A stretch of DNA of 64,000 nucleotides from Podarcis melisellensis (lineage: Eukaryota), in NCBI GenBank assembly GCA_964234715.1, contig OZ174281.1, one strand, 5' to 3'. How positions within the stretch are numbered: the stretch's first letter is position 1; each line of letters begins with the position of its first letter. Both the position numbers and the translations under genes were made by a program. Below, in pieces: positions 1-11,700 of the stretch. The notes under the pieces were generated by a model. The model made no database searches. It saw nothing but the letters and a program-made list of their open reading frames with translations, and was not told where the DNA came from.

Positions 1-2940
1 GGCCTATGCACATAGAGGGCTATGGGAAAGAACCTGTAAATCTCTGCCTACCCTGCCAATCTACATCATCTTTCTTATTAACTCGCTGTTTAGTATGAAT
101 AGCTTCTCCATTCCAGTTCCCAAACCCCACAACAGAGAAAATTATGCCTACTGCTACCTCACTGATGTTTGTTTGTTGTTTTGCTTCTTAAAGAATAATG
201 CATTATTCTTCAATGATCTCTCCTTTTTATTCTTGCTGATCTTCAGATTGCACCATTACTGACCAACTGATTCTCTACAGAGGGCAAGTTAGTGGTGGAC
301 TTGGTTAGATGCTAATCCTTTGTTATGTCCTTGCATTTGGAAGTCAGCAGCTGACAGTTTCTTTGCCAAATCTGACTCACTTGTGATGCTAGATAATGAA
401 AGTGGGAAAAGGATGGAGTGCCATTTGTGGCATTTGGATACAAATAGGCCGAGTTGGACAGTGGAGGGTTGGGGCTTCATTCCCACCACATTCCTTTATG
501 CAGGTGGTCTTACAGCAAAATTAGCTGTTGGTCTAACTCCCATTCCAAGCTGGGAGAAACTTGCCTCCCACATTCCTTGGATTTTGAAGGAAAAGAGAGG
601 CCAGGCAAATGGAAGACACTCTATTTCTCTTTGCAAAATGTGGATATCATCAATTTTTCCAAAGTGGGTACTTCTGAAACAATAGCAGATGGCAGAGGTA
701 AATGATTAAAACTAGAACTCAGCTTTGGTTGAATTAAGATGTCAGCTCACTGCCTGAGCTACGCTGAGTATGAATTTCAGGGCAGGGCACTATTTGGAGG
801 AAATGGAAAATTGGAGCATTCTTTTTCAGGAAAACTTGCCAGATCCGCTATCAATTTCCAGGATTTTCAGAAAAACTTTTAGACAGTCTGTTATAGAAAA
901 AATACAAACCTGAAAGACCAACAATTTTGCTATGATTTGGATTTAAGTCTGCTTCCCCAGGCGAGAATACACACAAGACTTGTTTGTGTGTTCACCTGAA
1001 CACTTGTAGCCTCAAAGTGGGTATGGGCAGAGATGAGCGTGCTTAAGCCCCATTCTAACAGCCCCTGGGCACACAGGCTTCCTTTTAGACATCTGTACAG
1101 GGTTTCTAAGTGCATTCATGGGAACATGCTTCAAATCCTCATTGTGAAGAAAAACCCTGATAAGACAGGGATCCTGACAGTGATAAGGTCTCTAAGCACA
1201 TTCAACCGAATGCAAGTGGCTGGGACTTTCATGCGCAGCCCTTCTTGTCCCCACTTTGAGCCTGCACAAGTTCAGGAAATTGCCTGAATGGGGGCATCCT
1301 TAAGGTGAAGTCAACAAGCTTTAATTTTCATTTTCAACTAGTTAATTGGGAGCCAGTTTGATGAATCCAGTGGCAGTCAGGACAATTTGTCTATTGCCTC
1401 TAACAGTTAAGTTCTTGCTGTGCTTGTGCATACTGATTAGTCACTAGGAGTGCCTGCATTTTGCTCTGGCTACCCTTTCCAGAATGATGTGAACAGTCAG
1501 CCACATTCAGTCCAGCCAGAGGTACCCAAATCAAGTGCTACTTGGAGGCTGTTTTATCTTATTCCCCATAGCAACAGCCTCAGTGTATCAGTCTCCTCAC
1601 ATCTAGCATCTTGCCACAAAGTTTGGCACAGTAATAGCTTTGTGTGGCAGGGAGAAAATTGCCCAGCCTGCGAGGTGCGATGCTGCGTGTAAACGGCTTG
1701 CCACCTGAAGAAGGCTGCTCTGGAGAATAATTTCAGATGGTCTGTGCGTCATGGCTGTCCATCAGCGCAGCCTTTGCTAGTGCAGGTCAGGCTCTTGGGT
1801 GCTGTTTCCTGGGAGACAACTGGCAGTCAGGAAATGTGTGAATGTCAGAAAGCAGTTTGGCTGGTGCTTCTTTGCTCTGATCTCTGCAGGCGGGAAGTGT
1901 CAACCTCTGTGCTGCTACTTCTGGCAGCTGGTAGAGCCACTCTAAAGGATGGCGAGACCTGATTAAATAGAATGCAGTTTGGCAGGCAAGAGACAGCAGG
2001 GCCTGCAGTATGTAATTGAATGGCAAGTGATGGATTATTCACCTTCTGTCCCCTCCATACTGGGAGAATCAACAGGATAATAAAGCAGAAGGGGCACACT
2101 GACCTTTGGGTATTTTTAGCTGTGTGCGCTGGGGCAGATACAGTTACGGTCATAGCTCTGCTCCTGGAAGTCCTGCAGGGAAACAGCAGGTTTCACATTC
2201 TGGTGCCTGTACATTCATTCTCCAGGAAAGTAGAGTGAGGGAAACTGGGCTCCATCTCCCTCCTCATTAAAACCGTGCTTTTTAGGATTTCCAGAAATTT
2301 TGCATACTGCTTCTGACACTGAAGATTGTGCATAGACATCATGATTAGTAGCCACTGATAGCTTTTTCCTTCATGCCTTTTAAAAGCCGTCCAAGTTGGT
2401 GGCCATCACCACTGTTTCTGGGAACAAATTCCGTGGTTTTACTATGTGCTCTGCTTCTGGTATCTGTGTGATGGCCGTGGGGGTTGTGGGTATTGATTTC
2501 ACATCTTTACAGTGTTGAGTCTTCTGTTCAATGCTGAACACCCCACTGTGTAATGTTACTACATCCTTGACTTTTGTTAACTCTTTATTAACCAGCTAGG
2601 GAGAAGAAGGCTTTAAGTTTAACCCTTGCAAATATAGGAGTAAATACTGACTGAAATTTTCCACTGGAATGCCCAGCAAGGACTGGACAAGGGGATCAGA
2701 AATATTCTGCGGTTTGTAAGAATAGATGGAAGCTTGTAAATGTATATCCTTCATGCACCTGTCCTCTGTTGTTATTCCACATTAGATTTTTCAGCTGGAA
2801 TATTCAGAAATGATGTGTCTTGAAACAGAGAGAGTGGCATTTTGATGTATCTTTTTTCTACCTTTCTGTAGAAGCTGTTGTCACCATCCTTTGAAATGAA
2901 ACTTGTCCTTTTCCTCATCTGAAGTCTTTTCTCTCTTTAG

Positions 2941-3119
2941 ACAACCTATGGAACGACCAGAATCTGGAGGCAGATCTTGATCTTCCCCCAGGATGGAGGA
3001 AAATCCACGACTCCTCTGGGACCTACTACTGGCATGTGCCCACGGGCACCACCCAGTGGCAACACCCATCTTGCCCCTCTGGTTTAGCACACACTGGGGA
3101 AGCTGCATTGCCAGAAACG
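2941..3119 (+). CDS. APBB3: APBB3 WW-domain exon
   Basis: ctctttag|AC...ACG|gtatca; translates (D)[45 protein letters not shown]. Confidence 0.95.
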
Positions 3120-6100
3120 GTATCAGGATTCCAAAGCTTTTGTGTGTATGATTGACAGGACCCATGTGAAAAGTAATGCCAGCAGCCCAACCCTTGTTCT
3201 CTCTAGGGCTGCTGTTTCTTTACATATACCCATAAATGCAGACTTGCCTGTCTCTCGTGGTGACACATATACAGAGCCTTGTGTGGTAAAATTTAACAGA
3301 GTAGTAACTGTGTACTGTCAATCCCACCTGGCACCATTTTTGTAGGTTTGCATGCTTCTGCATGATCTTCTTGTTCTTACTGGGCAACAGGGACTTCTGG
3401 CTTACAAAGCTGACTCCATTGACTGATAACATCCAGAGGGCATGAACTGGGATGGGGTCAACTGAGTCCCTCGACTGGGTGAACAGCTGTGGAGAGAGGG
3501 AGATTACAGCTGCATTTTCCATGGCGCTTCTGCTGTAAAATGCAATGTCTTAAAAAGCCTAAATTCGTTTACTTGGATTGATTTCAGTGGGTCTTCCAGG
3601 TATGTTTAGGATTGTAGCATTAGTCAGCAGAAGCTATCCAGTAAGGCACTGTGAATGCCTAGGATAAAATAGATGTAATCAATGCTAAGATCTATTGATT
3701 TGCCATAATGATCTTTTTTTATTCATGCAGTAAAGTAACATTGTCTATTGGGGTACCAAACTGCTTTCCATTAGGACTTGGCTCAATGCATCTGTTTTGA
3801 AAATCATGATAGAATTTGCGTTTTTAGAAGAAAACAAATGGAGAGTACAACAAAATATGCCCTCAGCTCCTTTCACAAGTTCTCTCCTTCACAGCTCCAG
3901 CCAGCCCAAAACAGAAGTCCTTGTAGTGCTGTTTGGGGTTTGCAGATGACATGTTTTTTTTCTTTCCCACCTTTCTGAAATGTTCCTGTGCTGTCTAAAT
4001 AGTGCTAAAGGACTCAGTACTTCATTAGAAGTGTGGGGATAAGAGCTTTTTAATATCAAGGTATAGTACTCCAGACTACTATAGTGGCTTAAGCTGGCCA
4101 ATTCCCTCTCCCCCTCCTCCCGGGATTTTCCTTTCTTTTTTATATAAAGAAATCCTCACAAATGTTTCATAGCTCAACTGCTCGCAACCATAGACTGAAT
4201 TTCTACATACACACTTTAGCTGCTTGGCTGGGCCTCAATGTTAATAAAACAACAGTGCCACATTCTCTTCACTTTCACAACCTTCTTTTCTGTCTTCATC
4301 CAGGATCTTCAGGTTGCAACAGTAAGACGTCTGCCAAGGGAGAGACCTATCCCAAGTCCGATGGCATCGCTGCCCAGAAGGTAGGGTTGTCTCCTGGGGG
4401 CAGGAGCATTTCATCCAAACACTAGGGCACATCGAATCTGAGTAAAAGTGAAAGAGGGCTCTAGGACCTGTTCATGGTCTCTTCAGGTGACCTCACAGGT
4501 AACCCAGCTCTGTGCAGATGCAGAAGCAAGCAGGTTTGTTTCCATCCCACAAGTCTTTGGTCTAACTTTTGAGTTATAAAGAAATACTGATCCTCTGCTC
4601 CAATCTCCATCCTACTCAGATGGCTCCACCAAAATGGGAAAGGACTGGGTTTTGCAAAGTACAGGCTGGAGGTGCCTGGTCCCTGCAAATCACATCAATA
4701 GGGTTAGAGCTGACAAGCCTTTGGTTAGGACCAATGGAGGCTGGAACCATTGAATTAAACTTAATGTAAGTGAATTAAACTTAATGATGTGTTGGAGAGT
4801 TGAGAGAACGATGGGATCCACAGCTGCCACTCTGGGGATGAAGAGACGCTCGCTAGAGTTATGCCACGACTGAGAACCTCCATGTCACTGCTATGCTTGT
4901 CTACCTGTTACAGGACATCAGTGAGCTGGCATGGGGAGGAGCATCACCAGGGCAACCCAGAGCTTGGCTCCAAGGTACAGTCAGGTGAGGTGGGGGACAC
5001 AGGGGGTACGTAGCTCAGAAACCTGGCTGATTGAGGAAGCCCCTTTCTTTGAGGCAAGGGGTCCAGATTCAGCATAGGTAAGGCCCTTCCTTGGAGGCTG
5101 CTGCAGAAAATTTACCCCTCTGTGAGCTTTGTTTGTTTCTTTATTAAATTTGTATACTGCCCTATACCCATATATCTTGGGGCAGTTCACAACACAATAT
5201 ATCAGGCTCTGCATTGGAACCTGGGAGTCTCTCTTATTTTGGAGAAGCTGGCATGTGTCACCTTCTGGTACTGTTCTGAAAATCATGGCAACTGCTTTGA
5301 ATATTCCCTTGGCATTTTACAGTGCATTCCCAGTATCACTCAATATGTTTTAACTACCCTTTCATTCATGTGAAAGATTGGCTAGATGGTATAAATGAGT
5401 AATCTATGCATGTTGAGTAGTCTTATCCATGTCCTTTGTGATGTTCCCTCAACTATCCTTGAACCTTGTGGCCCCTTTCCTTGATAAAATAGCTTATCAA
5501 GTAACTGAACTATTTTTAACTAGTTAACCTATGGTTAACCTATGTGGTTTTTTTTTAAAAAAACTGAATGATACCTCTCTTAAAATTATTTTTAAAAATT
5601 ACAAGCTCCTTCCCCAGAACTTAAACACAGCCCAAGTATTTTGAAATCTATTGTTTTAGTTGGATAAGTTGTAATTTTAATTGTGAACTGCCTTGTGTGC
5701 TGTGCTTGGTGAAGACAGATGACTAACTGTGCCACACATCCCTGTTGTCAGATTACTATAAACATGTATAAAGTACCCTGCCTCAGAAGAATAAGTTATT
5801 CAGTCCAGAGTTACCTAATACCTAATCAGAATTAAACAGCTCTTAAATCACACAGCACTGCAAGTCCAATTTATAGCAAAATAGTAATTAAAGAATGCTT
5901 GAGGAAGCAGGGGAGGGAAGGACTTTCTAAAAGCAAATTTTCAGGATTGGAACTTCTACCACTTCCAGTCAGATATTATCTGCAGAAGAACTTGTCTCTG
6001 ATGTGGGCAGGAGATAATGGCCTACCCTTTTACGTAGGTTTATGCTTGACAGCATCTCCCTGCGGTATCATTTTGAGAGTTCACATACAATTACACAAAG

Positions 6101-8689
6101 CTGGTTTGCTGTTTCCTTCTCTCACCTGAAGGCGTGCCGCCCAACTTTTTTGGAGCCAAAACCAGGATGCGTGTCTTCTGGGATGCGCTCCTGGGTGCCA
6201 CATGAAATCATGGCCCTTAAAAAGTGATTTTTGTTCAGGGCAAAAGCACAGCGCAAGAGTGCAGCACCCAAAATGGCCACCACAATCTCCCATGAAGAAA
6301 CAGGATGTCCTGGGGCACTTGGGAAGTATGGAAATGAGGGGAAGTGTTTTTCCTACATGGGTAAATAATTAGAGATTTGGAGTAAGGCAATTAAAGACTA
6401 GTTCACTGACACACCAGTCTGAGCTATGAATCCTTAACAAGCTACAATTTGATGAGGGAAAATAAGCTAGGAAAGCCTCACTTTCTATACCTCTAGCCCA
6501 GGGGCTGAGTGTGACCCTCCAGGCCTCTTTCCCCAGACCCTCCCTGGCCCTGCACCCTCCTTGAATGTTTCTGCCTGCCTGGGATGTGTCACTGAACACT
6601 GATAATGCTTACTGATTGTCTAGGTGGAGGACAGAGAGGGGCATGAGTAGGAACTCATCTATTGTGCAAAGGTGAAAACCACATTTCTTAGAATAATGGA
6701 ACTGTAGAGTTGGAAGGGACCCCAAGGGTCATCTAGTCCAGTCCCTCTTGCTCCACCCACTTTTGCCTCTGGCGTGTGAGCCATGTCCCCTCCAAAAGAT
6801 TGCAGCCCTCAGGCTAAAAAAAGTTCCCCATCCCTAATCTAGTGGGACAACCTATGAATAAGGACAGACATGAGGACTCCTTTGTGACATGTTGTTGTTG
6901 TTGTTTAGTCGTTTAGTCGTGTCCGACTCTTCGTGACCCCATGGACCAGAGCACGCCAGGCACCTCTGTCCTCCACTGCCTCCCGCAGTTTGGTCAAACT
7001 CATGCTGGTAACCTCGAAAACACTATCCAACCATCTCGTCCTCTGTCGCCCCCTTCTCCTTGTGCCCTCCATCTTTCCCAACATCAGGGTCTTCTCCAGG
7101 GAGTCTTCTCTTCTCATGAGGTGGCCAAAGTACTGGAGCCTCAGCTTCACAATCTGTCCTTCCAGTGAGCACTCAGGGTTGATTTCCTTCAGTATGGAGA
7201 GGTTTGATCTTCTTGCAGTCCATGGGACTCTCAAGAGTCTCCTCCAGCACCAGAATTCAAAAGCATCAATTCTTCGGCCATCAGCCTTCTTTATGGTCCA
7301 GCTCTCACTTTGTGAGCTCTCACTTTGTGACATACAATGTGGTAAAGAATTTGGCAGTGATGGTATCAGTTGATGTTCTCCGGAAGTGTTCATGATGGCT
7401 AGATTTGAGGTACAGTCAGGGAGGGAGGGGCTGCTCCAGTTCACATGAGCTGAAACGTTCACAAAAAGCTGCCAATGGCCTGGGCTGCATAGCCAATGGT
7501 GAGCTAGGAAGGCTGGAGACACGCCTTACGGTAACCCCTCTGCCCCTCTCTTGCCAGTGCTTCGTTGTGCGTTCGTTGGGCTGGGTAGAAATCCCTGAGG
7601 AAGACTTGGCTCCTGGCAAGAGTAGCATTGCCGTGAATAACTGCATCCAGCAGCTCTCCCAGAACAAGTGTGACGACTGGGACCCTGCGGACAGGTGGGG
7701 CGAGGTGAGTGCGGGAGGCCCAGGGAGAGATCTACTCAAATGTGTTCTCCCACATAGACTTCCAGCAGCCCTTGTGCTGAATGCAGCCATAGGGGCCAAC
7801 TCCTATGGGGACGGGCATTGCCCTTCCAATGGTGTGCTGGTACCATATCTTGTGGTCAATTATGTGAGATGGGGTTTACCTGCCACTGGCGGAGGAAGGG
7901 AGTGTGGTAGGTGCGGTCCGCCCCGGGTGTCATCCATGGGGGGGTTTGACATCACTGCCCCGCCCCCCTGGGACGCCTGCCCCACTCCTGCAGGTGACTA
8001 GCCCCACCCCCGGGTGCACAGCATGTGTGCCACTCTGGGCACTGAAGCAACTAGCTCCACCTCTGTCTGCCCCCTCCATATTTTATTCAAGTTGCCACCC
8101 TTCAATGGAGCAATTGATTTCCTGGGTCTAGGCACTGCTTTGCATCCTTTCCGCCTTTGACAGGGACCCAGGCATGAGCTGCTGGGTGTCCCCATGCCTC
8201 TTCCTTGTACATATTTGCCAAAAATGCACCCATTCAGTCCATGGCATTACATACAGGTGTTCCTATGCACTGCTGGGTGGATAAACATGCCAGTCCCTGT
8301 TTTCCCTAGGAAAGGGATATCATTATCGCTCTAGTTGCAAGAGGCAAGTGGAATTTTTTTCCTACCCCTGCACTGTATCTCAGTTACAGTCCTATAGTCT
8401 TCCCTTTTCAGGGCCAAAACATGGTGATGATCCTGAAGAAGGACACAATGAGTTTAGTGGATCCTTTGGACCAGAGCCTCATCCACTCCCAACCCATCAT
8501 CAACATCCGTGTCTGGGGTGTGGGATGCAACCACGGCAGGTGAGGGAACCTTTGCTCTGGGGTTGAAGAGGAGAGGGCATTTTCTGCTGCTGGAAATTAA
8601 TATGAAGGACAACTCCTCGGTCTTGTAGCATTGCACCAAAGTGGAGTATGGAGCCACAGGTCCTGTAGGAGGGAGAATCTTGAAATTGT

Positions 8690-8745
<56 letters not shown>

Positions 8746-11700
8746 TTTCTCTCTCTGTGTTGATCTTGCTGTCCTCGCCTTGCCACGAGGTCCTTCTGCT
8801 CACTACAAAGAAACCTTTGCTCTTCTTGCCAGAAACTATTACAGCTGATAGCACACAGACCATTAAGAGGGTTGCTTCTTGAGGGATTCTGCATTAACCA
8901 GATTCTTCTTTCTTTCCCTACATGCTGTGCTTGACCCAAGGGACAGGTAAGGCCCCTTCTTCCTTCTGCAGCAAGGACCAGTGCCTGGAGCCCTGCCCTT
9001 GCTTACTGGGCTCTCCTCTCCTTGCAGGGATTTTGCTTTCGTGGCCAGTGACAAGGACACGTGTATGCTGAAGTGCCACGTCTTCCACTGCAATGTGCCT
9101 GCCAAGGCCATTGCCAAGGCCCTGCATGAAATGTGCTCCAAGGTATCCCTGCTGATTCTGGCATGGTTCTTTCCCTACATACACACATGCACACACGAGG
9201 AAGGAAGAGTGTCCCAACCCCTGAAGTGCAGCGCCAGTCCCCTGCACCAGGCTGCTCTCATTTTGCAAGGAGGTGGCAGGTGGAATTTCATCCTGGTTGG
9301 CTGGGGGCTGGAAGAAATTCCTCTGAACCATGTATTCATTGGACCTCTGTATTAAATGAATCTTGTCAGATTTCTAGGAGTCTAGCAGTCCTTGTTGGTG
9401 GAGGGGCACAGCTATAAGGAGAGTGGCAATTCTGTGCGTGCTTACTTGGCAGTAAGTCCTACTGAAAGAAGGGGAACCTACTTCTGAGTAAACATTCATA
9501 AAGCAAATGGGATTCCCATTTGAATTGCAACTTCTAGCCATGTCATTGAAGACTGGGAATGTTCTTTCTATACTTTCTCCTGGGTTACCATCTAGGAGGG
9601 TCTTCTCCCTGAGCTTTGCCACCACCACTATTCAGGTTTAGGTGGGAAGTTCCAGCAGGTGGTCCCAACTTTTCATGACCTTTCTCTGTATTACAGATCA
9701 TGGCTGAGCGAGCCGTGGCAAGTAGCAGCCTCAGCCGATCTGTTACCTTTGAACCTGTCACTCCAGATGACGTCTCTCTACAAGGTAACAAAAGTTACAA
9801 ATCCCATGAGTCCCTTTCTGGGGCACCTGTCAGCACTTTATCAGTTCCGTGCTCTGACAGAATTGAAGTCATTATTCCCATCCTTGGTCTAAAGAAGCAC
9901 CCCTGCTTCTTTCTTGAAATAAAGTGATGGTTTGGCTAATAGGACTCCCCACCCCGCCAGTTGGCTGGGAGAAGGTTGAGATAACCCTCAGAACTGTGTC
10001 TGGGAAGAGGAGAGGTTGTTCCATCAGGCGAACAGAAATGTTTGTGCTGATGAAGCATTTGTTTCAGTGTGACGTTGAATTCCTCCTTTTGCTTCGGGCA
10101 GTTGATATTCTGGATGCCGTGGGAGAGTCTGTCCGGAAATATGAAGCTTTGTATATTGGCACCTCACCAGTGTCCAAGGCCATGGGTAAGTAGCTGTGCT
10201 CTTTGAATTCTGCTACCTATCTCTGGTGTGTTCAATGGGTGAAGTTATTGCTTATGGGGCACCTCCTCTTTACCAAGTCTGTCAACCCCTAAAATCTGAA
10301 GCAGGGGCCCTTCTCTGTGCCCCAGTTATGGTGGAAGTCTTGAGAGAACCCTGTTCTCTGGCTGATGAGCATTCTCACTTTCCCTTGGATCACCCATTTA
10401 TTTCTTGCCTCCCCACTTCAGGGATGGATGTGCTAAATACTGCCATCGAAGACCTGGTGGGCAGCCGTGGCCGTGACCAGTGGACTCCATCTGTTGTCAG
10501 TGTTTCAGACTCAGTGATGCAAGCAGACCAAGCTGAGGTAAGGCTCCTTGTGATACTGGCCACCCTGGCAGCTTTCTCCTCCTACCAAGTGACATGACAG
10601 TAGCCATCCTATCTGGCATCCTGCTTGCCCCAGAGGCTGAGAGACTGGAAGAGGAGCTAGACCAGAATGACAAGAGGACCGTTGGACTTTAGTATTTTAC
10701 TGTACGCTAGCCATTTTCCATGGCAATTATGTGATCTAGACAAAGCTAAGCACTTTCAGATCCCATTTATTTCAGTGAAAGAGATTGATGCAACTGCTTA
10801 ATTCTCCCACCAAAATCAATGGAACCTTAAAGTGCTTAGTTTTGGCTGGATCATACAAGTCCAATTGATTTCAATCACAGAGTTGAACAGTTTCATTGAT
10901 CTTTTCCACTGAAATCAATGGGACTGGATTGTGTGGATAGTATGATTTAATTTATTAAATACAAATTTGGAAAATAGTTCACTAGTGGGCATGCAAACCC
11001 CTCATTAGCCTTTTTTGTTCCCAGTGATTTCAGTTTTCAGAGAACAGATGGCAAACACAATAAGACTCTGAATCAAGTCCAGAGAAAGTGACTTGTAGCT
11101 GGTTTGTTCTATTGATTTCAATGAGAACTAATCACAAGTTTCTGTGGAATGAGGCTGAGACAGTTACAAAACATCTTTCCTTTTATTGATCTTTTTTTAA
11201 AAAAATTGCTGCCTGCACAAACCCTTTTTAGTCATAAATATATATTTCTGAAACTGAAGGCAGAACTACAAGAAATTTGTTTGAATAAACATTGGTGCAG
11301 TCAGAGAAAATACCGATACATTATGTTCATAGGCTCTCACAAAATAAAACAAACTGTCTATAAGAATTATGTGCTGGTGGCAGTTCTAATTGTTAGGCAC
11401 AGTCTCAAAGCAGGATACCAGAATAATGCTGCCACTTAAGATATACATTTTAGCGGTAGTCACAACTCATTAGGAGGCATTGCTGGGGTCTCCATTGAGA
11501 TCCTGCATGTGCACTGACAGCTTCCTTGGTTCACTTGAGTATTCTTTACTCTGCACACCCCTTCACATGTCTTTTTAAAAAATCAACCTTCTACTGCACA
11601 CCAAGAGTGCCAAAGGGTGAAGAAGGAATTAAGAAAGGAAGCAGTGGAGGGTAACATCAGGGGGACAGAAAAGTCTATTGTAGAAAACTGCTGCAGCCCA

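Noticed and set aside
320-685. 121-aa plus-strand ORF
   Set aside because: No recognisable homology, and its frame stops before the nearby donor.
6905-7522. 205-aa minus-strand ORF
   Set aside because: Truncated BovB LINE C-terminus fused to flanking intron sequence; not a host gene.
8454-8939. ORFs with ERERER or SLSLSL runs
   Set aside because: Translations of the (CT)n microsatellite.
8955-8981. Extra acceptor-like ttccttctgcag downstream of the microexon
   Set aside because: It would add 56 nt (out of frame) and is too close to the microexon donor; no support.
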